Shown: positions 10,286-21,910, counted from the first letter of the stretch. The stretch: DNA of 64,000 bases from Candidatus Bathyarchaeota archaeon (GCA_963806535.1 CAWDYC010000007.1:288001-352000), one strand, 5' to 3'. The notes: a model not told the origin generated them from the letters alone. Numbers and translations: made by a program.

Positions 10286-12715
10286 CTAACGTGGCCATTC
10301 CCAATCTTGGATCGGTTTTTTAAGTGGTTGTCCGCGGGCTAAAGCTGCTTGTTCAGCTAAGCGTTCAAGAATTATTTTTTGCTCAATGCTGGCAACGTTC
10401 TTTCTTGTAGTTACCACGGCATCGTTGTTAACGGAAATGCTATCGATACCAACGCGGACTAGGAATTCTGCAAAGTCAGGATAGTTTGATGGTCCTTCGC
10501 CGCAAATCGAGACTGTACATCCATTTTCGTGAGCGGCCTTGATTAGATGTGCAATAATTCTTTTGACTGCTGGATCTCTCTCGTCGAAATAGCCCATTTG
10601 TCCTAACCGTTCAGAATCGCGATCTATCATTAATACACCTTGGGTCATGTCATTTGAGCCTATTGAGAATCCATCCACCAACTTTGAAAATTCGTCAGCC
10701 ATTATACCTATAGAAGGTGTTTCAGCCATGAACCAAACCTTGAAGTCTCGACCGCGCTCTAAACCTTCTTCCTTCATTATTGCAAGAACTTGTTTAGCTT
10801 CCCAAAGAGTGCGAACCATTGGAAGCATAACGTAAACGTTTTTGAGAGACCATTCAGTTCGGCATTTCTTTATAGCTTGACATTCTAGTCGGAATGCTTG
10901 GATGTACCATTTGCTTATGTAGCGGCTGCAACCTCTCCAACCTAGCATTGGGTTTTCTTCAATAATTTCGTATTTTTCTCCGCCCTTTAAGCCTCGGTAC
11001 TCATTAGTTTTGAAGTCGCTTAAGCGTACAACGACTGGTTTGGGTTGAATTGCCCTTGCAACTGTCGCTATGCCGTCTGCGAGTTTGTCAACAAATTGTT
11101 GGCTTTGCCCTGCGTCAACAAACGCCATCGGATGTTGTCCTATAGCGCTGGCTAAAATGAATTCAGTTCGCATTAGACCGATGCCTTCAAACGGTAGGTT
11201 CTTGTATTGTTCGATCATCTCTGGCGTGCCTAAATTCATGTAAATTTTTGTGGCCGTTACTGGAGCTGAATCTGCTACTTGCATAACAATGCCGGATCCG
11301 TTTGATGCTGCTACGGGTTGAACAGCTTGCTCCATTATGCCTTCATAAATTACACCGTTTCTTGAGTCAACAGTGTAATCTTGACCCGTTTTCATTACTT
11401 GTGTAGCTATTTCTGTTCCAACCACGCACGGTATGTTAAGTTCTCGGCTAACGATTGCCGCGTGAGAAGTGATTCCGCCTTTGTCCGTGACAATGGCACT
11501 TGCCATTTTCATGAATGGCACAAAGTCAGGGTCAGTCATGCCTGTAACAAGAATATCGCCTTTTTTCATATCTCTGTTTGCATCGTCAGGGTTTAGGACA
11601 ATTGTTGCTTTTCCTATTCCATACCCTCTTCTTCCTGCTGAAATACCTCTAACCACTACTTTTAATTGTTCATGTTTTGATTCTTCCATTTTCGGCGCTT
11701 CCTGTGTTTTTGTGCCAAAAACTGTTTCTGGCCTCGCTTGAACTATAAATATGTCTTGTGGATATTCCAAATCTTGGTCAATTGCCCATTCAATATCCAT
11801 TGGTTTGCCATAATGCTTCTCAATACGCTTCGCCAGCTCAGCCAATGCCAAGATTTCTCTGTCGTCTATGCAAGTTATTTTCTGCTTGTCTGCTGGCACT
11901 TCTAAGTGCACTGTTTTGCCTGTTTGAGGATCACGAATGTATTCTACAGTTTTGCGAGAAATCCTCCGCTCCTTAATCGTAGAGGTTGCTTTGTCTATGA
12001 CAAAGTCGTCAGGGTTAACGGCGCCTGACACAACAGTTTCTCCTAAGCCGTAGTTGCCTTCGATAACAATTTCGTCACGGTTTCCAGTGACAGGATTTAT
12101 TGTGAACATGACTCCGGCGCATCCAGAATTAACCATTTTTTGGACGCCGACGCTGATGAAGACTTTTTCATGTGGAAACCCTTTTTCATTTCTGTAAAAG
12201 ATTGCTCGTGGCGTAAATAGGCTTGACCAGCATTTTACGACTTTGTCAACTAGGTCATCAGCACCTTTTACGTTTAGGTAAGTTTCTTGTTGACCTGCAA
12301 ATGATGCATCAGGTAAATCTTCGGCTGTAGCACTTGATCGTACAGCAACAAAAGTATCTTTTAACCCAAGCCGTTTGTTGAGTTCTTTGTAAGCCGTCCT
12401 TATCGCAGTTTCAATTTCTTTAGGCATTGGAGTTTTTTCGATAAGTTCACGAATCTTCTTGGACGCTACATCATATTGTTTTGGGTCATTTAGGTCCGTG
12501 ACTGTTTCTTTTATTATTTCATAAATTTTCGCGGCTATATTTTTTTCTTGAATATATTTTTCATAAGAATAAGCTGTTACGGCAAAACCTGGTGGAACAG
12601 GCAAGCCGGCATTAATCATTTCACCGAGGCTGGCGTTTTTCCCGCCAACCAAAATAACATCAGTATTTCTTACATCATTAAACCATAAAACCAGTTGCTT
12701 CTCTTTGTCGCTCAA
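10286..12715 (-). CDS. ppsA: Phosphoenolpyruvate synthase
   Basis: GGKNASLGEM, VRSSATAED, GGITSHAAIVSRE, FSIGSND. Confidence 0.97.
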   Translation of the reverse strand: MSDKEKQLVLWFNDVRNTDVILVGGKNASLGEMINAGLPVPPGFAVTAYSYEKYIQEKNIAAKIYEIIKETVTDLNDPKQYDVASKKIRELIEKTPMPKEIETAIRTAYKELNKRLGLKDTFVAVRSSATAEDLPDASFAGQQETYLNVKGADDLVDKVVKCWSSLFTPRAIFYRNEKGFPHEKVFISVGVQKMVNSGCAGVMFTINPVTGNRDEIVIEGNYGLGETVVSGAVNPDDFVIDKATSTIKERRISRKTVEYIRDPQTGKTVHLEVPADKQKITCIDDREILALAELAKRIEKHYGKPMDIEWAIDQDLEYPQDIFIVQARPETVFGTKTQEAPKMEESKHEQLKVVVRGISAGRRGYGIGKATIVLNPDDANRDMKKGDILVTGMTDPDFVPFMKMASAIVTDKGGITSHAAIVSRELNIPCVVGTEIATQVMKTGQDYTVDSRNGVIYEGIMEQAVQPVAASNGSGIVMQVADSAPVTATKIYMNLGTPEMIEQYKNLPFEGIGLMRTEFILASAIGQHPMAFVDAGQSQQFVDKLADGIATVARAIQPKPVVVRLSDFKTNEYRGLKGGEKYEIIEENPMLGWRGCSRYISKWYIQAFRLECQAIKKCRTEWSLKNVYVMLPMVRTLWEAKQVLAIMKEEGLERGRDFKVWFMAETPSIGIMADEFSKLVDGFSIGSNDMTQGVLMIDRDSERLGQMGYFDERDPAVKRIIAHLIKAAHENGCTVSICGEGPSNYPDFAEFLVRVGIDSISVNNDAVVTTRKNVASIEQKIILERLAEQAALARGQPLKKPIQDWEWPR

Positions 12716-13269
12716 GCCGTCTCCGTCTCCGGTTCTGCGTTCTCAGCTTCGTCAGCTAAGTCTACTTCTGGAGGTGCTTCAATTTTGGAGATAACTATTT
12801 TGCATGGTATTGGAAGTTTTGCGCTTCCTCTTTTAAGGGATTCTTTGGCTGTTTCCTCAAATCCGGCTTTTACTTTGACTGTCATGAGTGGTTGGCCTAC
12901 TTCAACTTTCGCTGCAGTGCCAATTGCAGTTCCGAAGGAACGTCTCATTCCTTGTTGAAGTCGGTCAGCGTGAGCGCCAAAGATCATTTTGTTTTCTCTT
13001 AGAATAATGTGAGGGTATGGATGAACAACCATAAGATAATCATTAATAACTTTGTCCATTAAAACACGGTTTGTAGCCACACGCATTGCTTCGAGTGCAC
13101 TGTGACGTATTTGGGCTCGTTCCAAAGCGATAAGTTGACCTTGAACTGCAAAAGTGCCCTTAGTGTCACCCATTGTAAACTTTACAATTTTTGGCGGTGG
13201 AAAACCTCTAGCGTATTCTTTTCTTGTGTACGCTCGATTTTTAACGTGCCTGTAATTTTTTGCGTGCAT
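12712..13269 (-). CDS. rpl10e: 50S ribosomal protein L10e/uL16
   Basis: RENKM..GAHADRLQQGMRRSFG. Confidence 0.97.
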   Translation of the reverse strand: MHAKNYRHVKNRAYTRKEYARGFPPPKIVKFTMGDTKGTFAVQGQLIALERAQIRHSALEAMRVATNRVLMDKVINDYLMVVHPYPHIILRENKMIFGAHADRLQQGMRRSFGTAIGTAAKVEVGQPLMTVKVKAGFEETAKESLKRGSAKLPIPCKIVISKIEAPPEVDLADEAENAEPETETA

Positions 13270-13436
13270 GCTACGTCCCTTTTTAGCATACTCATCCAGC
13301 GGTATTTAAACGATTTGTAACATTTCACTTAAGCTTGTGTATATTTTCAATGTATATTTGTAAAGTCTGCAAGAGACGATTCTAGTCATAACGGGGCGTC
13401 AGTTCTTATATACTTAGGTAACTCTTCATCTTCCAG

Positions 13437-14743
13437 ATGCCGACAATGTTATTTATTTCAGGAAAAAACTGGAGACTTTCCTTAGCGGAGCTTGCTGCTT
13501 ACCTGAAAGCGAGAGCAATGAAATTTGAAATAAAATTTTTTTCCAAAGATTTCTTCGTTATTGAATTTACAGAAAACTTTGATGCTTCTGCCATTGAGGC
13601 ATTAGGCGGAACAATAAAAATTGGCGAGGAGCAAAGCACAATTTCCAACCCACGTTATTAAGGGAAGCTTTTGTTGATAAAAACAAGCAAGCCCAATCAC
13701 AAATAACCGAAACTTTAGCATCAAGCGGTTTAGTTGATGAGATAGATAAGTCCGCTGAGAAAGCTGTTTTTTGGAGTAAGCGTATACTGCGCTGAAAATC
13801 CATTGCGCCCTCTGTCAGGGACCATTCAACGGTTTGTCGGAAGCGCCAGTAAAAGACGAGTTGAAGGGGTACGGCAAGAAATCAAAGTTTATGGGTTTTT
13901 CCAAAGATAGACATTCAGCTCAGCTAAGCCACGTGGAAGTATTAAAGAAAAATTTAGTTGAAAACAAAGCAGAAATATTGTTTTGTATTGGCAAGGAAGA
14001 AACATGGGTAGCTCAAACTGTAGCCGTTCATAATCCCTTTGAGTTTCAAAAAAGAGACGTTTACAAGCCTGTTCAACGAAAAATTTTTGGAATGCCCCCA
14101 AGGTTAGCTAGGATAATGGTTAACTTATCGGCTTGTACGCCTGGAAAGGTTTTGCTTGACCCGTTTTGCGGTGTTGGCACTGTTCTTCAAGAAGCACTGC
14201 TGGAGAGGGCAAACGTTGTTGGTGTAGATGTTAATCCTTGGTGTGTTAAGGCTGCAAATGAAAACTTGACAGTGGATAAAAAGAGAGTATGGCCTTGAAA
14301 ATGCGGAGTTCAGGGTTGTGCAAGGTGATGTGGGAAGGCTTGCTGAGAAGGTGGGACAGGAAACGGTTGATTGTATTGTAACTGAGCCTGATTTGGGTCC
14401 AGCTTTGCGTCAAGTACCTACTGGACCATATGCCCAGAAAATTATCGAGAAACTGGAACCTTTATTCTTTGGTTTGGTTGACCAAGCATCTAAGGTTCTG
14501 AAAAAGGATGGTCGATTAGTTCTTGTGACGCCCTTACATCGTTACTCGTTCGGGGCAATCCGTAACTATGCCTATTGCTGGAGAAACTTGAAAATAAAGG
14601 ATTCAAGCTAGTGCAGCCTTTTTCTGAAGACATGTTCTCCCAGAATGCCCGAGAACATGAAGAACTGGTTGAGCATGCGTTCCTTAGTAGAGGTTGATGA
14701 ACGGCATAAAATTGGCAGACAAATCCATGTCTACCAAAAATAA
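13437..14743 (+). CDS. Trm11/TrmG10-like tRNA methyltransferase (several frameshifts)
   Basis: ORF pieces 13437, 13834 and 14318 give PPRLARIMVNL, LLDPFCGVGT, DCIVTEPDLG. Confidence 0.75.
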
Positions 14744-14780
14744 ACAGCTGCTTGCAGAGATAATTTATTAATTTCTTCTG

Positions 14781-15302
14781 ATGAACTATGTGTCTAAAGA
14801 TTTGAGGCAGCAGACAATGGAAAATCATTCAAGACCTAATTGGGACAGATATTTCTTAGATTTATGTGAAGCAGTCGCTAAACGCGCCACGTGTGACCGA
14901 GGAAGAAGCGGCTGTGTCATCGTTAAGGATAAGCGAATAATGACTACCGGGTACGTTGGCGCCCCCATGGGTTTGCCACATTGCGATGAAGCCGGGCATG
15001 ACATGCGAAAAGTGTTTGACACCAACGGCAATGTTACTCAGCATTGCGTGCGCACTCTTCATGCGGAACAAAACGCGATCATTCAAGCAGCTAGATTTGG
15101 GATATCACTTGAAGGAGCAACACTTTTTTGCAAAATGACTCCATGCAGAACCTGTGCCATGATGATAATCAACGCTGGCATAAAACGGGTTGTCTGCGAA
15201 AAACGTTACCATGCTGACGCTGACACAATAGACATGTTCAAACAAGCATGCGTAGAACTAACGATAGTGAATAATGAATTCGAAAAATACGACAAACAAT
15301 AA
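14781..15302 (+). CDS. dCMP deaminase family protein
   Basis: RATCDR, HAEQNAI, PCRTC. Confidence 0.93.
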   Translation: MNYVSKDLRQQTMENHSRPNWDRYFLDLCEAVAKRATCDRGRSGCVIVKDKRIMTTGYVGAPMGLPHCDEAGHDMRKVFDTNGNVTQHCVRTLHAEQNAIIQAARFGISLEGATLFCKMTPCRTCAMMIINAGIKRVVCEKRYHADADTIDMFKQACVELTIVNNEFEKYDKQ

Positions 15303-15368
15303 TGTTAAGTCTGCAATCATCAAAAAATATTCATGAGAAGATCATAATTTACTACACAATATACATGA

Positions 15369-15506
15369 TTATAATGATTGATTAATTGTGACTTTGAAGT
15401 TATGGTGACATTTTCCACAATTATACGCTTCAATAGTAAAGCATTGATTCTTCAGTACACTTGAAGGTTTGCTAACTTCATTTCCACAACTAGGACAATG
15501 AACCAT
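15369..15506 (-). CDS. 45-aa zinc-ribbon protein (not in ORF track)
   Basis: Hand translation MVHCPSCGNEVSKPSSVLKNQCFTIEAYNCGKCHHNFKVTINQSL. Confidence 0.7.
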   Translation of the reverse strand: MVHCPSCGNEVSKPSSVLKNQCFTIEAYNCGKCHHNFKVTINQSL

Positions 15507-15632
15507 ATGAATCAATCAATCTGTTTTGACACATTAAGAATATGAACATTATGAACTCAGAATCAGCAAAAACATGCAATTCAGTATTCAAAAGATAACA
15601 TAAAAAAAAATAATCGCCATTTTGAGCGATTT

Positions 15633-15983
15633 TTATTTCATTTTTTGAACAACAATCCACTTAACGTTGTCAAATCCATACTTTGTTATTAATGGATCAA
15701 GAAAGTCTGGAGCTAAGTCATCATCAATTTCTGACAAAACCACTGTGTCACCTATTCTGTAAACGATACCTATTTCAGTGAGGTCTTTTAACCCGGCATA
15801 TTTACCTTTAATTTCCCAATAGCCAGGCTCATCTTTCCCAACTTCCATAATCCAAGAGTACTTGTCTCCAGGATGTATGCCTTCTGTAAAATTGAAAGCA
15901 CAAACAATGTCTCCAACCGTTTTGGGGTCATCGCTTGTTTTAACATAAAACCAAATCGTCATTTTAGTCACCACAATAACCAA
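15633..15983 (-). CDS. Hypothetical protein
   Basis: Clean ORF with protein-like composition. Confidence 0.65.
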   Translation of the reverse strand: MVIVVTKMTIWFYVKTSDDPKTVGDIVCAFNFTEGIHPGDKYSWIMEVGKDEPGYWEIKGKYAGLKDLTEIGIVYRIGDTVVLSEIDDDLAPDFLDPLITKYGFDNVKWIVVQKMK

Positions 15984-16032
15984 TACAACATTCCTTTATT
16001 TGCTTTTCAGAAGGCAAGAATAACACGCCGAC

Positions 16033-16657
16033 TTACTTCAGTTTATTTTTGGCTTCTATTAGTGTTAGAGTTTCAAAGAAAGGTAATTTACGTTCGGCTT
16101 TAATGCTTGCTTTTAGATTGATTTCTTCAAATTTCCGAATCGTTTCTTCAGGATTTGCAAGCGTAGACTGCATTAAGAGAATTCGCCCGTTGGCTTTCAA
16201 GTGTGGTGGGGCTTGGGAAATAAATTGGTCGATAACTTGCCTACCATTAATGCCACCTGCCCAAGAACGCACCATCCAAGAATCTTCTTCACACTCTGTC
16301 TGAAGGAAGGTAGGGCGCATTAAAGAGAATTAAATCAAATTTTGCATTTTCATTAAAAGCGGTTAATAGACCAGCTTGAATGAAAGCCATTTTACCGTTA
16401 CATTGTTAAGCGCTGAATTCTTTTTTGCGCAACGAATAGCATACGGATTTAAATCAACCGCAACTACATTAGGCAGCTTTTTCCGCGGCTAATATGCCAA
16501 GTATACCACAGCCCGTGCCAACATCTAAAACCTCTGCGTCTTTTTCTATGTCAAGATTTTCGGCGAAAAGAAAAGAGTCTTCGGCAGGCTCGTAAACTTC
16601 CTCAGAAACATCAAAAATGTATTTCCCAAAGGTTGCTCTCTTAACTGAGAATGGCAT
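16033..16657 (-). CDS. HemK2/PrmC-like release-factor methyltransferase (frameshifted)
   Basis: VYEPAEDSFL, DVGTGCG, WAGG..GR..ID in split ORFs. Confidence 0.88.
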
Positions 16658-17459
16658 TTGCTAATTCTCCAAAATTTTTAGGCGACAACTCTCTTGCACG
16701 CTTATCATGAAAAGGCAAGGTAAGACTAAGTTTCTCCGCTTCTTCCTTGCTTAACTTTAAAGTGGTTTTAAGGAATGGCGCAAGTGCTTTGCCTAATTTT
16801 TTGTTGCGTTGGGTAAAAAGCCACTTAACCATTTGCTTGAAAAATGTTGCATCTTTTACTTCAAATGGTTTTTTGCTCCAAGGTTTTAAGCTAAGAATTA
16901 TTGAATCTACTTCAGGTTGAGGATAAAACATCTCTTTTGGAACTGAATCTAAAAGTTGAACTTCTGCTTGCTGATTGGTCACAACCGTTAACCAGCCGTA
17001 ATCTTCGCTACCTACTGAGGCAACAAGACGAGCGGCAAATTCTTTCTGTAAAATCAGCACTGCACAGTCGATTTTGCGTTCAAGAAGCCAAGTTATAAGA
17101 TGAGAAGATAGGTAGTATGGAGGGATTGCTATGACTTTGTTAAAGTTAGGCAATGTTGCTTTCAACACGTCGCCTTCTATAACAGTCACGTTGCCGATTC
17201 CTTTGGTTTGTTCACGAAGCACTTCTGCAACTTGCCGGTCCTTCTCAACTGCAATTACTGATTTGCATTTTTCAGCCAAGAAACGGGCAAGAAAACCGAA
17301 ACCTGCACCAGCATCTAACACCACATCTGAACTTTCAAGTGCTGCATAACTGCACAACTTTTCGTAGAGTGATGTCTCAACCATGAAATTTTGGCCCAAA
17401 AGCTTGTTCGGGGATATTCGGTAGGTTCGAAGCAGTTGCTTCGTTTCCTCAAGACTCAT
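16641..17459 (-). CDS. rsmA: 16S rRNA dimethyladenosine transferase KsgA/Dim1
   Basis: LGQNFM, DAGAGFG, QKEFAARL, FYPQPEVDS. Confidence 0.95.
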   Translation of the reverse strand: MSLEETKQLLRTYRISPNKLLGQNFMVETSLYEKLCSYAALESSDVVLDAGAGFGFLARFLAEKCKSVIAVEKDRQVAEVLREQTKGIGNVTVIEGDVLKATLPNFNKVIAIPPYYLSSHLITWLLERKIDCAVLILQKEFAARLVASVGSEDYGWLTVVTNQQAEVQLLDSVPKEMFYPQPEVDSIILSLKPWSKKPFEVKDATFFKQMVKWLFTQRNKKLGKALAPFLKTTLKLSKEEAEKLSLTLPFHDKRARELSPKNFGELANAILS

Positions 17460-17469
17460 CGCTTGTGCC

Positions 17470-18045
17470 TTACTGCGCGCGGGTGAATAATCGGTATTTG
17501 CTGTCGCCTTCAAGTTCTTCCATAACACGCTTAGTTATTAGCTTTACAGGATTAGGCAACTCGGTACGTTTTTGCAAATCTTCAAAGCTTTCAAAGGGCT
17601 TACGATCTCGCTCATTAATAACTTGCCACATGTATTTTTTGCCGATGCCTGGAACCAACTCTAAGGCATGCATGCGAGGGGTAATTGCACGTGTTGTATT
17701 GAAAAAGTTTACAAACCATTTTTCCCGATTTACAACTATTTTACCTATGACGCTTGGAAGCTCTGCTTTGGCTGATGCAGTTAATTCTTCAAAGCCTATT
17801 CGCCCTATAATATATGTGACTTCTTGGCGAGAATCCTTGCCTACGTAGACACGGTCTCCTGGCTTGAGCATTAAACCTTCTTTCACCAAAGCTTCTAAAA
17901 GCGTGAAAAATTCTTCGCCGATACACTGAATCAAAGCTCCCGCTCGATAACCTGCCCGTCCAGTCGGGCGGAATCCAGGCTTACCGTGTGTCAAGAAATC
18001 TAACACGTAAGCGTATTCTTCGTACCGCTTTTCCATAATAGTCAC
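17470..18045 (-). CDS. DUF655 RNA-binding protein
   Basis: EEYAYVLDF, RMHALELVPGIGKK; conserved next to rpoF. Confidence 0.92.
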   Translation of the reverse strand: MTIMEKRYEEYAYVLDFLTHGKPGFRPTGRAGYRAGALIQCIGEEFFTLLEALVKEGLMLKPGDRVYVGKDSRQEVTYIIGRIGFEELTASAKAELPSVIGKIVVNREKWFVNFFNTTRAITPRMHALELVPGIGKKYMWQVINERDRKPFESFEDLQKRTELPNPVKLITKRVMEELEGDSKYRLFTRAQ

Positions 18046-18100
18046 TAAGCTCTCCTAGTGTATTGCGCTTACTGCTTAAAAATACTTAGTCACTTAGCGA

Positions 18101-18439
18101 CTACTTCAAAGTCCTATTCTCATTCAAAAGCTCAACAATAGCTTGCAATTTTGAGGTTTCTATGATTTTGCGACCGCCAGCTAAGAAAATTCTCAATTCG
18201 TCAACAGTTTCAGGCAGACAATTTATGATTTGAATTGCTTCAGCTTCATCAATTTCGTATTCTTTAACAAGTGTTTGAAGAAGTTCTTCTGCTTTTTCAG
18301 GATCCACTTTGGAGAATTTGTTTACGTAATCTAGAGTTCTTCGTTGTAATTGGTCTAGATTTTCCTCGCCAACTGACTCTAATACTTTCTTAACTTGCGG
18401 TAGGGTCAAGCGGCTTTCGCTTATTTCTCTCTTGCTCAT
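18101..18439 (-). CDS. rpoF: RNA polymerase subunit F (Rpo4)
   Basis: LDYVNKFSK, IINCLPETVDELR. Confidence 0.93.
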   Translation of the reverse strand: MSKREISESRLTLPQVKKVLESVGEENLDQLQRRTLDYVNKFSKVDPEKAEELLQTLVKEYEIDEAEAIQIINCLPETVDELRIFLAGGRKIIETSKLQAIVELLNENRTLK

Positions 18440-18444
18440 TTTCC

Positions 18445-18744
18445 TCACTTACCTGTGTAAGGCTCTAAATGTTCTGCACGAGTGATGATTTCTTTGAATG
18501 CTGTTGCCTTGAGGAACAGTAATTACGTATCCGCGTCCTCGCTTCTCTTTTATTACACCTATTTTACCGTGGAATCTTTTATGAGGCATACTCTTCTGTA
18601 CGCTAGAATCCATCTTTATTATCACTTGAGAACCAGGATGGATACTCTTGAAGTATTTTGCCAATGTTTAGCTTACCTTTTTCTCTGAGTTGGCTTTTTC
18701 AGTAAACTGCGAGTGCCCGTGTAATATCCTTTTGAACCTTTCAT
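18445..18744 (-). CDS. rpl21e: 50S ribosomal protein L21e (frameshifted in assembly)
   Basis: MKGSKGYY...MPHKRFHGKIG...EHL. Confidence 0.92.
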
Positions 18745-18760
18745 TCAATTTTCACCTTTT

Positions 18761-20098
18761 TTAATCATCCATTATTACTTTTAAAACGTCAAGCTTAAGC
18801 GTCTTCGCTCTGTTTTTGAGCAAATCCGAAACGTTTGGTATTGTTCGACCTTCATCTCCAGACACCAATTCTTTAACATAGAGCCCGCCTTGGCAACGAA
18901 TTTCCAGTAGAGCCCTCTTAAGCGACACCTTCTTAACTTTAAGCTTATATATGTACCTTTCTCGGATTAAATCCGCCCTTCTATGCATAACACGTAAAGG
19001 CGTCTGCTGCTTAATTGTGGCTCCAGTGAGCTTCTCTTCCAACATTCTCAGATCCTCATCAGAAACTGGGTTCTCAAATTCAGCAAGCAACCGATATTCC
19101 TTCTGAGCGCCTTCACCCTTCTTGAGGTGCCTAACCACATCCTTGGTGGCAAAGCGTAATCTTGAAACCTCAACTTTACCAACTGCTCCTGCATTAATTT
19201 TGGCTTCAATTTCTTTCAAATCAACAGACCGTTTCTTAGGTTCAGAAACCTCAATAACAAAAGGGCGCCCAGTTCCAAGCATTCGAGCATCTATGTCTTC
19301 GCGTCCAGAAGCATGAAATAGATGTTTTTTGCCCTTCAGTTGCTTCTAGCAGTGGCTTTGAAGTTAGCTCTTCAACTGATTCAGGATACATTTTGCCTGT
19401 TCCACCGCATTTCTCGCAGCCTCTTCCATGGCAGCTTGAACAGAACCATTTTGACTGTGGAATATCCCGCACTAGCTTGCGGTATCTGCCGCCGACAAAA
19501 AGCGGGTTAACCTGAAGACGCACGCTTTCTCGAAAAGGATTGATTACTACAACTAGGTCAGGAATTAAGTAATCTGCCTCTTTACCCGTGCGTTTAGCAA
19601 GGGCTTTGCCAAATAATCGGCCAAATTCATGCTTAATACTTTCGCTGTAGCCAAGGTTGAAGACAGCCTTGAACTCATCTTCCCGTTCCTCAACCTTAAT
19701 GGGTACTTCAATGCCTACAAGAAAAGTAGTAAACTCATAGCTCTCGATGGCAGCCTAAAGATTTCTCAGTTAAATTGTTCAGAAGCTCAAATTTGCCTTC
19801 ACAAAGATAGCACTTCTCTTCCAAGGCTTGTTTTGGAATCCTTTTTTTGAGATGCTTTAGGGTTTCTTGGGCTTCTCTTGAAAAACCATTCGTTGCCAAA
19901 ACTTTTAGCCGTTTTACGCCTTCAACATTTTTTTCTTTGGCCAAGTCGTTAGCTTGTAAGTGTTAAACTGATTTTTAATGCTGAGCCACGCACGTTGTTT
20001 TCCATGCTGTAGCCAAGCAACGCAAATTGTCTTCCAAGGCAGTGGTCACAGAGAGGATATTTGCTAAGAAGTTCAAACGCTTTTTCTAAAACATCCAT
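18761..20098 (-). CDS. pus10: tRNA pseudouridine synthase Pus10 (frameshifted in assembly)
   Basis: GRYRKLVRDIPQ, SGREDIDARMLGTGRPF, QQTPLRV, GGLYVKELVSGD. Confidence 0.92.
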
Positions 20099-20103
20099 GT
20101 CAT

Positions 20104-21450
20104 TTAGCCTACTGGAAAATTCGCGGGCATTCCTTTTCCGCCAAGCCCGAAGGGCAGTTTCTTTTTGCGTTTAAACGTCTTTAGCATTTTACGCATCATG
20201 AAATACTGTTTGACAAGTTCTTTAACGTCTTTTTCTGTTGTTCCGGAGCCTCGTGCTATTCGTCTTGCTCTGGAGGAGTTCAATATCTTCGGGTTTTCTT
20301 TTTCTTTAGGTGTCATGGACTGAATTATTACTTGCCATTTTTCCAAGCGACCCTCAGCAGTATTCAACATTTCGTCTGGCACGTTAGAAGACATACCTGG
20401 CAACATCTGGAGCACTTTCTTAAATGGACCCATACCTTTGACAGCTGCAAACTGCTCGTACATGTCTGTGAGGGTAAAGTTGCCACTCATTATTTCTTTA
20501 GCTTTCTTTGGCGGAACCTTAATTTCAGCCTCATGCACCTTTTCCAAAAGCGTTTCCAAATCGCCCATGCCTAAGAGCCGACCAACAAAGCGTGATGGAA
20601 TAAACGCTTCTACATCTTCGATTTTTTCGCCTGTGCCAATAAACTTTATTGGTGCACCTGTTGCTGCAACGGCTGATAGTGCGCCTCCTCCACGAGAAGT
20701 ACCATCAAGTTTTGTAACTATTATCGCTCCAATTGGTGTTGCCTCATGGAATGTTTTTGCTTGGATAAGGGCTTGCTGACCAATGGTGCCGTCAATAACC
20801 ATTATGACTTCGTCAGGCTTGATGTTCTTTTCAAGATCTTTCATTTCTTTGATTAGATCTTTCTCTTCCTTGTGCCTGCCTGATGTGTCAACGATTAATA
20901 GGTCCTTGTCGCTGAATTGTTTTAACCCTTCTTTGACGACTTTAATTGGATTTTTCTCTTTCACGTCGCCGTAAATAGGAACGTTTATTCTGGCTGCCAA
21001 TTGCTGAAGCTGAGCATATGCCCCCGGGCGAAAAGTGTCAGCGCAAATTAAAGCTGGCTTTAAACCTCTTTTCTGGAAGTATCGTGCCAGTTTGGCTGCG
21101 TGAGTGGTTTTGCCTGAGCCTTGGATTCCGACAAGCATTATGATTTTTCTTTTGCCAGGCTCCACCTTGAGTGGAACAGGCTTGTCACCTACAAAACGAG
21201 TTAGTTCTTCATAAACGACTTTTATCACGTGTTCGCGTCTGGAAATGCCAGGAGGAACTTTTTCTTTTAATGCTCGCTCCTCAATTCGCTTAGAAATTTC
21301 AAGAACAAGTTGAACGTTAACGTCAGATTGAAGCAAGGCTCTCTGTATATCGCGGACAAGTTCTTTCACTGCAGCTTCGTCCACTACGCCAGCTTTAAAC
21401 AGCTTTTTTATAGCGTCAGTTAAAGAAGAACCTAACTTTTCTAATGCCAT
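20104..21450 (-). CDS. srp54: Signal recognition particle protein Srp54
   Basis: GIQGSGKTT, DTSGRH, TKLDG, Met-rich M domain. Confidence 0.98.
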   Translation of the reverse strand: MALEKLGSSLTDAIKKLFKAGVVDEAAVKELVRDIQRALLQSDVNVQLVLEISKRIEERALKEKVPPGISRREHVIKVVYEELTRFVGDKPVPLKVEPGKRKIIMLVGIQGSGKTTHAAKLARYFQKRGLKPALICADTFRPGAYAQLQQLAARINVPIYGDVKEKNPIKVVKEGLKQFSDKDLLIVDTSGRHKEEKDLIKEMKDLEKNIKPDEVIMVIDGTIGQQALIQAKTFHEATPIGAIIVTKLDGTSRGGGALSAVAATGAPIKFIGTGEKIEDVEAFIPSRFVGRLLGMGDLETLLEKVHEAEIKVPPKKAKEIMSGNFTLTDMYEQFAAVKGMGPFKKVLQMLPGMSSNVPDEMLNTAEGRLEKWQVIIQSMTPKEKENPKILNSSRARRIARGSGTTEKDVKELVKQYFMMRKMLKTFKRKKKLPFGLGGKGMPANFPVG

Positions 21451-21709
21451 CGGAGTCTCTCAGCCATAATCATTCTACAGTTCCTTTAAATAAATATTAC
21501 AGCACTAAAACCAAAGAAACACCTAAAATAGGATCTCTAAGCGCCGCCGCATCTTTGAAGCCTCAGTTCCCCATTATAATATTCTTCACAATTCAGACGG
21601 CTCTTCATGCATCATTGGCTTCAACCAAAAAAGCTCCAACTAGAAAATAAACGTTAACAGAAAATCTTTTAACAATACAGGGAAATAATGGTACAACTTG
21701 GGTGTATAG

Positions 21710-21910
21710 ATGACAGCTGAACGGGCAATTCACGCAGGCATTTTTGTTTTATTACTTGTAGGTTTAACAATCTTAACTGGTTGGGCAAGCTACACTTACT
21801 TGCAAAGCAACCTGATACTTGTAATTGGAAGTATCCCGCTTGGATGGGGAATAATTCTGTTAGCGATGTATTTGAGCTTCAAGCGGTTGGGCTGGAAATG
21901 GTGGAGCTAG
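21710..21910 (+). CDS. Small 2-TM membrane protein
   Basis: Two hydrophobic helices; ATG start. Confidence 0.6.
   Translation: MTAERAIHAGIFVLLLVGLTILTGWASYTYLQSNLILVIGSIPLGWGIILLAMYLSFKRLGWKWWS

Noticed and set aside
13329-13340. TTAAGCTTGTGT, identical to the flank of box 4
   Set aside because: The rest of the palindrome is absent; probably a generic promoter element or chance
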